Assembly: GCF_000737315.1 (NCBI RefSeq)
Contig: NZ_JMCB01000001.1
Coordinates: forward strand, 82,001 to 144,000
DNA length: 62,000 nucleotides
Source of the DNA: Hyalangium minutum
GTDB lineage: Bacteria; Myxococcota; Myxococcia; Myxococcales; Myxococcaceae
Direction: 5' to 3'
The notes below the pieces were generated by a model that was not told where the DNA came from, made no database searches, and worked only from the letters and a program-made list of their open reading frames with translations. The first letter of the stretch is position 1; the number at the start of each line of letters is the position of its first letter. Shown piece after piece: positions 17,701-25,095 of this stretch. Both the position numbers and the translations under genes were made by a program.

Positions 17701-20443
17701 AGCCGTACTCTTCGTCCAGCCGGAGGTACTCCACCTCCAGCGGCTTGAGGCTCTTGGCATCAGCCACGAGCTTGCCATCCCAGTCCACCACCACGCCGGT
17801 GACGGTGAAGGGCTTGCCCGCGCTCACCTTCTGCACGCCGGCCTGGAGGCCCACGTAGTAGGCCTCGGGGTGCATGGGCACCACGGCATCCCCCAGCGTC
17901 GAGCGGCCGCTGCCTGCCTCGAAGACGCTGGCCTGCGCGACCAGCTTCGCCGGGCCCTTGAAGCCGCCCGCCGTCTCACGCGCGGGGCACTCGGCAAGCG
18001 CCTGGCCCTTGTCGTTCACCTCGGCCTTCACCTGGCCCAGCGTGACGGCCTTGGCCTCGGTGGCCTTCTGGCGCCACACGCCGTAGGTGAAGTTCGCGTT
18101 CTCCTTGGGCTTGAAGTCGGAGGGCTCCAGGCGGCAGGTGAGCTCCACCGGGCTGCCCTCGGCCGAGCCACCGAACAGGTACGCGGCCTCCACCTTCACC
18201 GGCACGGGCGAGCCCTGCAGGTAGCCGGGCTTGTCCACGCTGGCCGTCACCTTCATGCGCTCGGGGACGAACTCCTCCACCTGGAGGCCGTAGCTGGCCA
18301 CCTCGCGGTCCGCCACACGCAGCGTCACGCGGTAGCTGCCCGTGTCCTGGAAGGCCTCGAAGGGCAGATCCAGCGCCACGAGGCCCGCCTCGTTCGTCTT
18401 CAGCGCCACCTTCTTGAACTCGCGCTCGCGCGGATCCACCACGCGCAGCTCCACCGGCATGCCCGCCGGAGGCGCCTTGTTGTCCTGGCCGCGCAGAATG
18501 GCCGTCACGTGGGCGGTGTCTCCCGGGCGGTACACGCCGCGGTCCGTGTAGATGGAGGCGCGGTAGGCGGCCTCGGCGCGGTACGGCTCGCCCTGCACGT
18601 CCGAGTTGGCGATCTCCGTCTTGAGCTCGCTGTACTTCAGATAGGTCAGCTCATCGCCCTTGCGAGCGATGAGGGCGAACGGAGCCGAGGTGTCCACACC
18701 CTGCGCGGGCACCTGGAGCTTGCAGCCATCCGCGCCGCTGGTGGTGCAGCGGACCACGGCCTGGCCGCTCTTCTTCACCAGGGACACCTCGACGCCGGAC
18801 AGCGGCTCGGTGGACTCCATGCCGAGCGCCCACACGAGGACCTCGGCCTGCCCATCGGCCGAGATACCGCCGCGCTTGGCCACGAGGCTCAAGTCCGTGA
18901 GGAGGATGCGCGCGGCGGCCTGAGCCTCGTCCTGCTTGACGGAGATCTCCACCACGCCCCGGGTGCTGGAGGGCACCATGCTGCCGACGTCCAGGTACGT
19001 GGTGGTGAGCGCATCCGGAGCGCCCTTCAGGGGGATCTTCTTGGAGACGATCAGGTTGGAGGTGCGCTCGTCGGCGGCCTCCCGATCGTCGTTGCTCATC
19101 CAGAAGACGAGGTTCTCGGGGGGCACGTGGCGGACGGACAGCTCCACGGACTCCACGTTGAGGTGGTTGAGGGGCAGGTTGCGCCAGGCGCTGCGAGGCA
19201 GGTAGCGGCCCGCCGAGGTGAAGGCCACCTGCGGCTTGCGAGCGCTGATGGAGTAGCGGTTCTCGAACTTGGACAGCAGCCGGCCGCCGCCCATGGAGAG
19301 GGTACCCGCGTCGATCTTCAGCGTGTACGTGCCGCGCTTGAAGTCACCGAAGATGCGGAAGCCCTTGCGCGACGGGGAGATGGAGAACTTCACCGGCGGG
19401 TTGAAGTGGATGGCATCCGCAGCGACGTTGTCGTCCAGCACGCAGCCCAGGTTCTCGTGGTCGTAGTAGTACGGATCCCACTCGCCCTCGTCCGGCGGAG
19501 GCGGCGCGTTCATCTCCGAGTCGCGGCAGTTGACCTCCATATAGAAGCCGCTGTTGCCCTCGGTGACGGCGACGCGGGTGACGTCCAGGCGCTTGCCGCC
19601 CTGGAGCTCGAAGGTGTCCTCGGCGGCGGGCGCGGTGCCACCCCCCTTGGGCGAGGTGAGCCCCGCCTTGAGCGCGAAGCGCACCTTGGCGCCCGGCCGG
19701 AGCAGGGGGCTGGTGAGCTGCGCGACGACGATGTGGCGCTGGGTGGCGTGGGAGGTGAACTTCACGTCGCTCAGCGACTTGCCCTCCACCTGGAAGCTGG
19801 CGAACTTGCGCAGCGTGTTGGGCTCCACCGGGCCGGAGAAGAGCAGCTCCGCGGTGACCAGGCCCTTGGTGACGTCGATCTGCGCCGGGGCCATGCGGAA
19901 GAAGGAGAGGCTCGGCGTCGCAAAGCTGTGGCTCCAGGCGCCCTCGGAGGGAGCCTTCACCACGCCGGAGGGCGTCTCCACGGACTCGAGGGTGACGGTG
20001 TACGTCGTCCCGAGCGCGAAGCCGTTGGCGGGGGTGAAGGAGAGCGCGGAGCTGTTTCCGTAGAACTCCAGGTTGCCGCCCACCTCGGGGGAGAAGCGGA
20101 CCACCGTCTTCTTCCCGTCATTCTCCGGGTAGGCGACGCTGCGGGGGAACTCGAAGATGACCTTGTCCGGGACGGCGCCCTCGGGGCCGAGCTCCTTGAT
20201 GACGGGAGTGTAGGACTCGGGCTTGAGGGGCTCCGTGCTGGCCTGAGGCTGCGAGCCCGGGCTGGACGTCTGGCCGGAGCTGGAGCCGGACGCAGGGGCG
20301 CCCGGGACGGGGGTGGCCGGGGTTGGCCCAGACTTCTCTTCCTTGCAGGCGGCGAGCGCGGTGCCTACCACCAGGACCGCCACCCACCACCGCGCGCGGG
20401 CGGAGCGGAGCGGACTCGGTGTGACGCGAGACTGCGAACTCAT
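14708..20443 (-). CDS. Bacterial alpha-2-macroglobulin lipoprotein (YfhM-like)
   Basis: Lipobox LAAC; MG2 YTDRGVYRPGD; thioester motif YPYGCIEQ (CIEQ at 16148-16159); C-terminal A2M receptor-binding-like region (PPVEAEAMYDP). Start placed at ATG 20443 (RBS GGAGG). Confidence 0.95.
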   Translation of the reverse strand: MSSQSRVTPSPLRSARARWWVAVLVVGTALAACKEEKSGPTPATPVPGAPASGSSSGQTSSPGSQPQASTEPLKPESYTPVIKELGPEGAVPDKVIFEFPRSVAYPENDGKKTVVRFSPEVGGNLEFYGNSSALSFTPANGFALGTTYTVTLESVETPSGVVKAPSEGAWSHSFATPSLSFFRMAPAQIDVTKGLVTAELLFSGPVEPNTLRKFASFQVEGKSLSDVKFTSHATQRHIVVAQLTSPLLRPGAKVRFALKAGLTSPKGGGTAPAAEDTFELQGGKRLDVTRVAVTEGNSGFYMEVNCRDSEMNAPPPPDEGEWDPYYYDHENLGCVLDDNVAADAIHFNPPVKFSISPSRKGFRIFGDFKRGTYTLKIDAGTLSMGGGRLLSKFENRYSISARKPQVAFTSAGRYLPRSAWRNLPLNHLNVESVELSVRHVPPENLVFWMSNDDREAADERTSNLIVSKKIPLKGAPDALTTTYLDVGSMVPSSTRGVVEISVKQDEAQAAARILLTDLSLVAKRGGISADGQAEVLVWALGMESTEPLSGVEVSLVKKSGQAVVRCTTSGADGCKLQVPAQGVDTSAPFALIARKGDELTYLKYSELKTEIANSDVQGEPYRAEAAYRASIYTDRGVYRPGDTAHVTAILRGQDNKAPPAGMPVELRVVDPREREFKKVALKTNEAGLVALDLPFEAFQDTGSYRVTLRVADREVASYGLQVEEFVPERMKVTASVDKPGYLQGSPVPVKVEAAYLFGGSAEGSPVELTCRLEPSDFKPKENANFTYGVWRQKATEAKAVTLGQVKAEVNDKGQALAECPARETAGGFKGPAKLVAQASVFEAGSGRSTLGDAVVPMHPEAYYVGLQAGVQKVSAGKPFTVTGVVVDWDGKLVADAKSLKPLEVEYLRLDEEYGYYYDEDEGYERYQRYLRPVREGRGTAKVQGGKFQLDVTPTQDAAGFIVRVRSGAAQTDLYLEGNGRYYWYGDGEARVDQTPRPLKPASIALELPKLGKLNESIAVKFKVPYRGRVLLTAETDQVIASEWKAVEPGEVTWAFTPKTYAPNVYVSAFLVKDPHLESAEAFMPDRAFGVASVPLEPTDYTQTVKLSAPTEVRSNSTLTVNLELGPQEGPTFATVAVVDEGILSLTRFKTPDPLKELFAKRALGVETYETIGWTLLVPPGGNSRSTGGDESGAGGRVQPVKPVALWSGVLPVPANGKLTVPFQLPMYRGAVRVMAITTGPQRVGRADAQVLVRDPLVLQTTLPRFLTQNDEIQIPVFLTNLSGGPQEVKVTLTAENLPVPGMAMPAASMGSPLQMLGKSEGRTKLENGKATTLVFQAKAIQSVGAARLKVTAEAGGFTAFEQLDVPLLPAGPRERLVQRIPLEAGKVDMAQYLQGWVPTTERSTFWVTTNPYAESMQHLSYLVRYPYGCIEQTTSSTRPLLFVSQLIDNVDPSLTGDKKVEDMVMAGINRVLSMQTPSGGFAYWPGSAEPVAWGTAYATHMLLDAQKLKYPVPQDRLDDAISWLGTELNRKEGNAGRDDHYGQSAEAYMHYVLSMAGKGRKARIQKLVDELAQKKTLNGEAREEEHLLKAALYMAGDRRYEKDLKNPDLSPVTDERRNTWSFYSDRRRRGLMLSTFQDLFGNDPAGEPLAQQVAQSLIGHSSYWYTTQELVWSITGLGKRVSGAASSFTPPTLVADGKEVAPKNNEGGKTVRASDRTWALVRASERKGVTLDLKEKGEGKLFLIINSDGVRSNGDVKTGGNGLAINRTYKKLDGSTVSPGDAVNLADLLYVEVELKNTTSERIQNIALVDRLPAGWEIENARLGRGGAVEWVDSEQLWTADYVNIRDDRMEVFGSLQAGESKKVVYAVRAVTAGKFTLPPVEAEAMYDPRIWARQAGEQVEVSGPWKDFLL

Positions 20444-20557
20444 GTTTCCTCCGAAGGACGGCATCGACTTACACGCCGCGTGCCGGAGGCCCGGCATCGG
20501 CGGCGAGGGGAAGTGTGGTCGCCTGCCCACGGCCCGACGGCGCCCCCCGCGCGTCTC

Positions 20558-20593
20558 GGGGCCCACACGGTGGCTCGGGAGCCACGGGGCCCC
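20558..20593. repeat. GC-rich nested inverted repeat (GGGGCCC...GTGGCTC-GG-GAGCCAC...GGGCCCC) in the divergent A2M/trmJ intergenic region
   Basis: Read directly from sequence; function unknown. Confidence 0.3.
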
Positions 20594-20690
20594 TCCGCCC
20601 ACCGTCCGGGCAGCGATCGGCGGCGGACGCTAGGCGTCACGGTGACGGCGGTCAACGGTGCCCACGGGTAGGCGCTAAGGTGCACGACCC

Positions 20691-21413
20691 ATGGTGCTCC
20701 CCATCCGCTTCGTCCTGATGCGTCCGCGCAACGCGGAGAACCTCGGTGCCGCCGCGCGGGCCTTGAAGAACTGTGGCCTGTCCGAGTGGACCTGGGTGCG
20801 GCCCGAGGCGGAGGATTTGGAGCCGGCCCGGCGGCTGGCGGTGCACGCGGAGGACGTGCTGGGCGGGGTGAAGCGGGCGGACACGCTGGAGGAGGCGGTG
20901 GCCGACTGCGTGTGGGTGGTGGGGACGAGCTCCCGGAAGGTGGAGGGCAAGCGGCGCCTGTCGCCCCGGGCTGTCGGAGAAGAGCTGGTGGCCCGGGCAG
21001 CCCAGGGGCCAGTGGCGGTGGTCTTCGGAGACGAGCGCAGCGGGCTGACGAACGCGGAGGTGGAGCGATGCCACGATCTGTCCGCGGTGCCGACGGATCC
21101 GTCGCAGCCATCCATCAACCTGGCGCAGGCGGTGCTGCTGTACGCCTACGAGGTGCGAATGGCCTCGCTGGCGGCGGCGCCTCCCCCACCCGCTCCGCTG
21201 CCCGTGGCGGCCTCGGACGCGGAGCTGGCGCGCGTGGAGCAGACCCTGGAGGAGACGCTCAAGACCGGGGGCTTCCTCGTGGATGAACAACCGGGGCGCA
21301 CGGGGCTGAGGGACCTGTTCGCCCCCCTGCGGCGCTCGCGGCTCACGCGCAACGAGGCACAGCTGTGGCTCGCGGCGCTCCACACCGTCCGAAAGCGGCT
21401 GACCTCGGGCTGA
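20691..21413 (+). CDS. trmJ: SpoU/TrmH-family RNA methyltransferase, TrmJ/LasT type
   Basis: PRNAENLGAAARALKNCG, VFGDERSGLTN and SINLAQAV SPOUT motifs. Confidence 0.85.
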   Translation: MVLPIRFVLMRPRNAENLGAAARALKNCGLSEWTWVRPEAEDLEPARRLAVHAEDVLGGVKRADTLEEAVADCVWVVGTSSRKVEGKRRLSPRAVGEELVARAAQGPVAVVFGDERSGLTNAEVERCHDLSAVPTDPSQPSINLAQAVLLYAYEVRMASLAAAPPPPAPLPVAASDAELARVEQTLEETLKTGGFLVDEQPGRTGLRDLFAPLRRSRLTRNEAQLWLAALHTVRKRLTSG

Positions 21414-21428
21414 CCGGGCGGTGCTCTG

Positions 21429-21460
21429 ATTTGACAACCTGAGCCCAAGTTGTCAAATAT
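21429..21460 (+). promoter_or_regulatory. TetR operator palindrome ATTTGACAAC-N10-GTTGTCAAAT overlapping a sigma70-like promoter (TTGACA -35; AAATAT -10-like)
   Basis: Perfect 10-bp inverted repeat at 21429-21438 and 21449-21458, immediately upstream of tetR; TTGACA at 21431-21436. Confidence 0.75.
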
Positions 21461-21467
21461 GTCCGGA

Positions 21468-22073
21468 ATGACTTCCGACGCCCCCTCTCCGCGAAAGCCC
21501 CTCGACGAGGCGCGTCAGCGCAGGCTGCTGGAGGCCGCGCTGACGGTCTTCCTGCGCTACGGGTTCCGGAAGACGTCCATGGACGAGGTGGCCCGGGCCG
21601 CTCAGGTATCGAGGCAGGGGCTGTACCTGCACTTCGCGACCAAGGAAGAGCTGTTCCGGGCCACCGTCGAGTACACGCTCGAGAACTCTCTGGCCGCCGC
21701 GACCGCCGCACTGGGAGATGCCTCGCTCCGGCTGGAGGCACGGCTGGTGCGCGCCTTCGACGAAGTCACGGGCCGGCACGTCGGGATGATGGGTGCGGGC
21801 GCATCCGACCTTCTCGAGGCCGGTGGCGAAATCATCGGCCCCATGCTTGCCCGCCATGAGGAACTGTTCCTGGAAGCGGTCGCCAAGACGCTGCGTACGT
21901 CCGGGCTGCTGGCCGCCTACAAGACCGCCGGGCTCACGGCGCGCCAGCTCGCGGACACGCTCTACGCGACGTCACGCGGGCTGAAGCACAGCAGCGCGAA
22001 CCGGGAAGCCTTCGTCGCGGGAATGACGGTCGCCGTCCGCGCCATGTGCGCACCACTCGAGGAGAGCGCATGA
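21468..22073 (+). CDS. TetR/AcrR family transcriptional regulator
   Basis: HTH LLEAALTVFLRYGFRKTSMDEVARAAQVSRQGLYLHFATKEELF. Start is ATG 21468 or 21459; no SD sequence, possibly leaderless. Confidence 0.92.
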   Translation: MTSDAPSPRKPLDEARQRRLLEAALTVFLRYGFRKTSMDEVARAAQVSRQGLYLHFATKEELFRATVEYTLENSLAAATAALGDASLRLEARLVRAFDEVTGRHVGMMGAGASDLLEAGGEIIGPMLARHEELFLEAVAKTLRTSGLLAAYKTAGLTARQLADTLYATSRGLKHSSANREAFVAGMTVAVRAMCAPLEESA

Positions 22074-23236
22074 AGAACTTGAGGAAGCAGAGCTGGCTGC
22101 GCTGGGGTTTGGGGGGACTGGGCGCACTGTTCGCCCTGGTCGTGGTGGGCGCGCTGGTGGACGGCTGGAGGGCCTTTGGCCAGCGGGCCATAGGAGACCG
22201 GCGCGCGAGGATGGAGAAGTCGACCCAGTGGAGCAGCGGCCACTTCGTGAACCCACAGCCGATGGTCAATGATCTGTGGGGCTCGCTGGTGGGGGCGTTC
22301 AACGCCAGCAAGGATGCCAGCCCCTCACAACCGATCCCCACGGTGCGTGGTGGCGCCGAGCGCTTCGCCACGCCCCCGCCCTCGGGCCTGCGCGTGACCT
22401 GGCTTGGGCACTCGACGATCCTGGTGGAGGTGGACGGCCACCGCATCCTCACGGATCCGGTCTGGGGCGAGCGCGCGTCGCCGCTGAGCACGGTGGGGCC
22501 AAAGCGCTGGTATGCGCCGCTCCTCGCGCTCAAAGAGCTGCCCCCGGTGGACGCCGTCGTCATCTCCCACGACCACTATGACCACTTGGACGCTCCGACC
22601 CTCACCGCGATGAAGGACTGGGACACCACCTTCATCGTGCCGCTCGGGGTCGGCGCGCACCTGGAGTACTGGGGCGTGCCCGCGTCGCGCATCATCGAGC
22701 TCGACTGGTGGGAGCGCACGAAGGTGAAGGGGCTGGAGATCGTCGCCACACCTTCGCGCCATGCCTCGGGGCGCTTCGTTACCGACACCAATGCGACACT
22801 CTGGGCCAGCTATGCGCTGCTGGGCCCCACACATCGCGTGTGGTTCTCAGGGGACACGGGGCTGTTCCCCGCGATGCGGGACATTGGCGAGCGACTGGGG
22901 CCCTTCGACCTGACGATGATCGAGTCGGGAGAGTACGGGAGTGCCTGGCCCGACTGGCACCTGGGCCCCGAGCAGGCCGTCACCGCGCACCAGATGGTCC
23001 GCGGCCGAGTGATGCTGCCGGTGCACTGGGGGCTCTTCAACCTCGCGTTCCATGGGTGGACGGAGCCAGCGGAGCGCGTGCTCGTAGCGGCGAAGCGGTT
23101 GGGGGTGACGGCGGTGTTCCCCAAGCCGGGCCAGAGCTTCGAACCGGCGGCGCCGCCTCCCTTCGAGCGCTGGTGGCCGGAGCTGCCTTGGGAGACCGCG
23201 GAGCAAGCGCCCATCGTCGCGTCGCAGATGAACTGA
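22070..23236 (+). CDS. MBL-fold metallo-hydrolase (NAPE-PLD/RomA-like) with N-terminal membrane anchor
   Basis: TWLGHST, LTDPVW, ISHDHYDHLD, FSGDTG, PVHWG motifs; ATGA overlap with the tetR stop. Confidence 0.9.
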   Translation: MKNLRKQSWLRWGLGGLGALFALVVVGALVDGWRAFGQRAIGDRRARMEKSTQWSSGHFVNPQPMVNDLWGSLVGAFNASKDASPSQPIPTVRGGAERFATPPPSGLRVTWLGHSTILVEVDGHRILTDPVWGERASPLSTVGPKRWYAPLLALKELPPVDAVVISHDHYDHLDAPTLTAMKDWDTTFIVPLGVGAHLEYWGVPASRIIELDWWERTKVKGLEIVATPSRHASGRFVTDTNATLWASYALLGPTHRVWFSGDTGLFPAMRDIGERLGPFDLTMIESGEYGSAWPDWHLGPEQAVTAHQMVRGRVMLPVHWGLFNLAFHGWTEPAERVLVAAKRLGVTAVFPKPGQSFEPAAPPPFERWWPELPWETAEQAPIVASQMN

Positions 23237-23406
23237 TCTCCTCGCAAGAAGAAGCCATCCATGACGCAGAGGCGGACACTGATGAAGGCCGGCTGGCAAC
23301 AGGCCGCCCAAGCCCTTGCCCCCCGTACAGCCAGGGGGGCAACCCCGAGTCACCGCCGCTCTGGGGACCTACCTTCTGGAAAGCGCCATCGACCAGGAGC
23401 GACTCC

Positions 23407-23622
23407 ATGAACCACATGCCTTATGAAGACACCGGGCTGAGCGCCGGCCGGGACGAGGAGCCCAAGCGGGAGGCGCCCACGCGCGAGATGCCGGGCCGCA
23501 CGCCCCACTCCGCCGAGGGCACCGACAAGGAGCGCAAGGTGCCCGCAGGAGAGCCCGGTAAGACGCCCGGCTCGGCCGAGGGAGAGGAGCCCGACGAATT
23601 CCCCAACGCCCCGCGCTACTGA
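23407..23622 (+). CDS. Small acidic/proline-rich hypothetical protein with two PG(R/K)TPxSAEG repeats
   Basis: ATG 23407 preceded by AGGAG; strong GC3 bias; MNHMPYEDTGLSAGRDEEPKREAPTREMPGRTPHSAEGTDKERKVPAGEPGKTPGSAEGEEPDEFPNAPRY. Confidence 0.7.
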   Translation: MNHMPYEDTGLSAGRDEEPKREAPTREMPGRTPHSAEGTDKERKVPAGEPGKTPGSAEGEEPDEFPNAPRY

Positions 23623-23665
23623 GATCCGCGCATCGCGCGCCGCAGCGGGTACAGTGCCGGCCTCC

Positions 23666-24478
23666 ATGGCTCGCAAGCCCCCACCTCGCCGGCACTCGGC
23701 CCCCCCTCCCAAGCATCCAAACCGCAGCCGCTGGGAGGGCAAGGCCAAGCCGGACTGGCTCTCGCGAGCGCTCGCCCGGGCAGGAGCTTTCCCCCTCGCC
23801 GAGGCCGAGGAGGCCATCCGCGCCGGACGTGTCACCCTCAACGGGCGTGTGGTGGACCAGCCACTGGCTCCAGTCCCGGAGGGAGCGGTCATCCGCGTGG
23901 ATGGAGCCGAGCTGGCCCGCGAGGTGGAGACGCGGGTGCTGGCCTTCCACAAGCCCGCGGACCTGCTCACCTCCACCGTGAGCCAGCACCGCACGGGCAC
24001 CGTGTACGAAGTGCTCCTGCCCCAGCTCCCGGATGAGCTCTCCCGCTACACGTGGCACGCCATCGGCCGGCTGGATCGAGGCACCACCGGCCTGCTGCTC
24101 TTCACCAACGACGAGAAGCTCGTGGCGCACGCCACCTCGCCAGAGACCCACCTGCCCAAGCGCTACGTGGCCACGGTGCAGGGCACGGCGGATGAATCGA
24201 AGGTCGAGCCCCTGTGCCGCGGCGTCATGCTGGAGGACGGCCCCACCCGGCCCGCGAAGGTGAAGCTGCGCGACGCCCACACCGTGGAGGTCACCGTCAC
24301 CGAGGGCCGCCACCACCAGGTGAAGCGCATGCTCGGCGCCGTGGGGTTGCCTGTGCGCGCGCTGCACCGCGAGGCCGTGGGCGGTGTGGAGCTGGACGTG
24401 GCCGAGGGCACCTTCCGCCAGCTCACCCCCGAGGAGATCTCCCTGGGCCTGCGCTACAGCGGAAGAGCGCAGGACTAG
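23666..24478 (+). CDS. RsuA/RluB/E/F family rRNA pseudouridine synthase with S4 domain
   Basis: S4-like LSRALARAG...I.AGRVTLNG; FHKP; GRLDRGTTGLLLFTND (catalytic Asp); EGRHHQVKRM. Confidence 0.92.
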   Translation: MARKPPPRRHSAPPPKHPNRSRWEGKAKPDWLSRALARAGAFPLAEAEEAIRAGRVTLNGRVVDQPLAPVPEGAVIRVDGAELAREVETRVLAFHKPADLLTSTVSQHRTGTVYEVLLPQLPDELSRYTWHAIGRLDRGTTGLLLFTNDEKLVAHATSPETHLPKRYVATVQGTADESKVEPLCRGVMLEDGPTRPAKVKLRDAHTVEVTVTEGRHHQVKRMLGAVGLPVRALHREAVGGVELDVAEGTFRQLTPEEISLGLRYSGRAQD

Positions 24479-24486
24479 GAATCCCT

Positions 24487-25029
24487 CTACCAGGTGATGT
24501 CGTAGATGCAGGCGTGGGCGCCCTTCTCCCGGCAGCCCTGCTCCAGGTGCTCGACCCGCACCCACAGTGAGTCCTTGGGCCGGTAGCGCTCTCCCAGTGC
24601 CTCCAGCATGCCCTTGTCGAAGTCACACGGATAAGGGTCGTCGCAGACCATCCGTCCCCTGCGCTCTCCGGCGGGCTCATAGTGGTAGCTGCCAATGAGC
24701 CCCGCGCCTCGGTGGAACATCTGATAGCTCACGTTGATGAAGCGCAGGGCGTCATCGAGCGTGCGGACGTGGGACGGGTAGTGGAGGACGTTCTCGGAGA
24801 GCTTCCGGCCCACGGCCCTCATCGTGTTGGGGCCGATCTCCGTCTGGATCTTCCGGGTGGCATCCACGAGCCGGCTCATGGGGTACCAGGCCTCGGCTTC
24901 GATCGGGGCGAGGCCTTGCTCTGTCAGAATCTTCAGCGCCCGCTTCTGGATGAGTCCCATCGCCTGGACGATGGCTTGAAGAGCCTCTCCCTTGACCTCG
25001 ACCTGCGAAATCGAAATGCGCGCAGCCAT
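24487..25029 (-). CDS. Hypothetical protein, V4R/H-NOX-like small-ligand-binding fold
   Basis: WYP...L......GPNT...VG; CDDPYPCDFDKGML; C-terminal CREKG..ACIYDITW typical of V4R-like domains. ATG 25029 with AAGGGGG RBS. Confidence 0.55.
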   Translation of the reverse strand: MAARISISQVEVKGEALQAIVQAMGLIQKRALKILTEQGLAPIEAEAWYPMSRLVDATRKIQTEIGPNTMRAVGRKLSENVLHYPSHVRTLDDALRFINVSYQMFHRGAGLIGSYHYEPAGERRGRMVCDDPYPCDFDKGMLEALGERYRPKDSLWVRVEHLEQGCREKGAHACIYDITW

Positions 25030-25095
25030 GCATTTCCCCCTTGGAAAGAACATTTATCATAGCTTCCGGCCCCTGAGTGGAGGACAGGGACGGGC

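Noticed and set aside
20444-20602. ORF-track extension of alpha-2-macroglobulin
   Set aside because: ATG 20443 has a GGAGG RBS and yields a proper lipoprotein signal peptide.
11957-20671. 2904-aa plus-strand ORF
   Set aside because: Antisense shadow of pbpC and alpha-2-macroglobulin. Stop-poor reverse frames are expected with strong GC3 bias, and it has no recognisable motifs.
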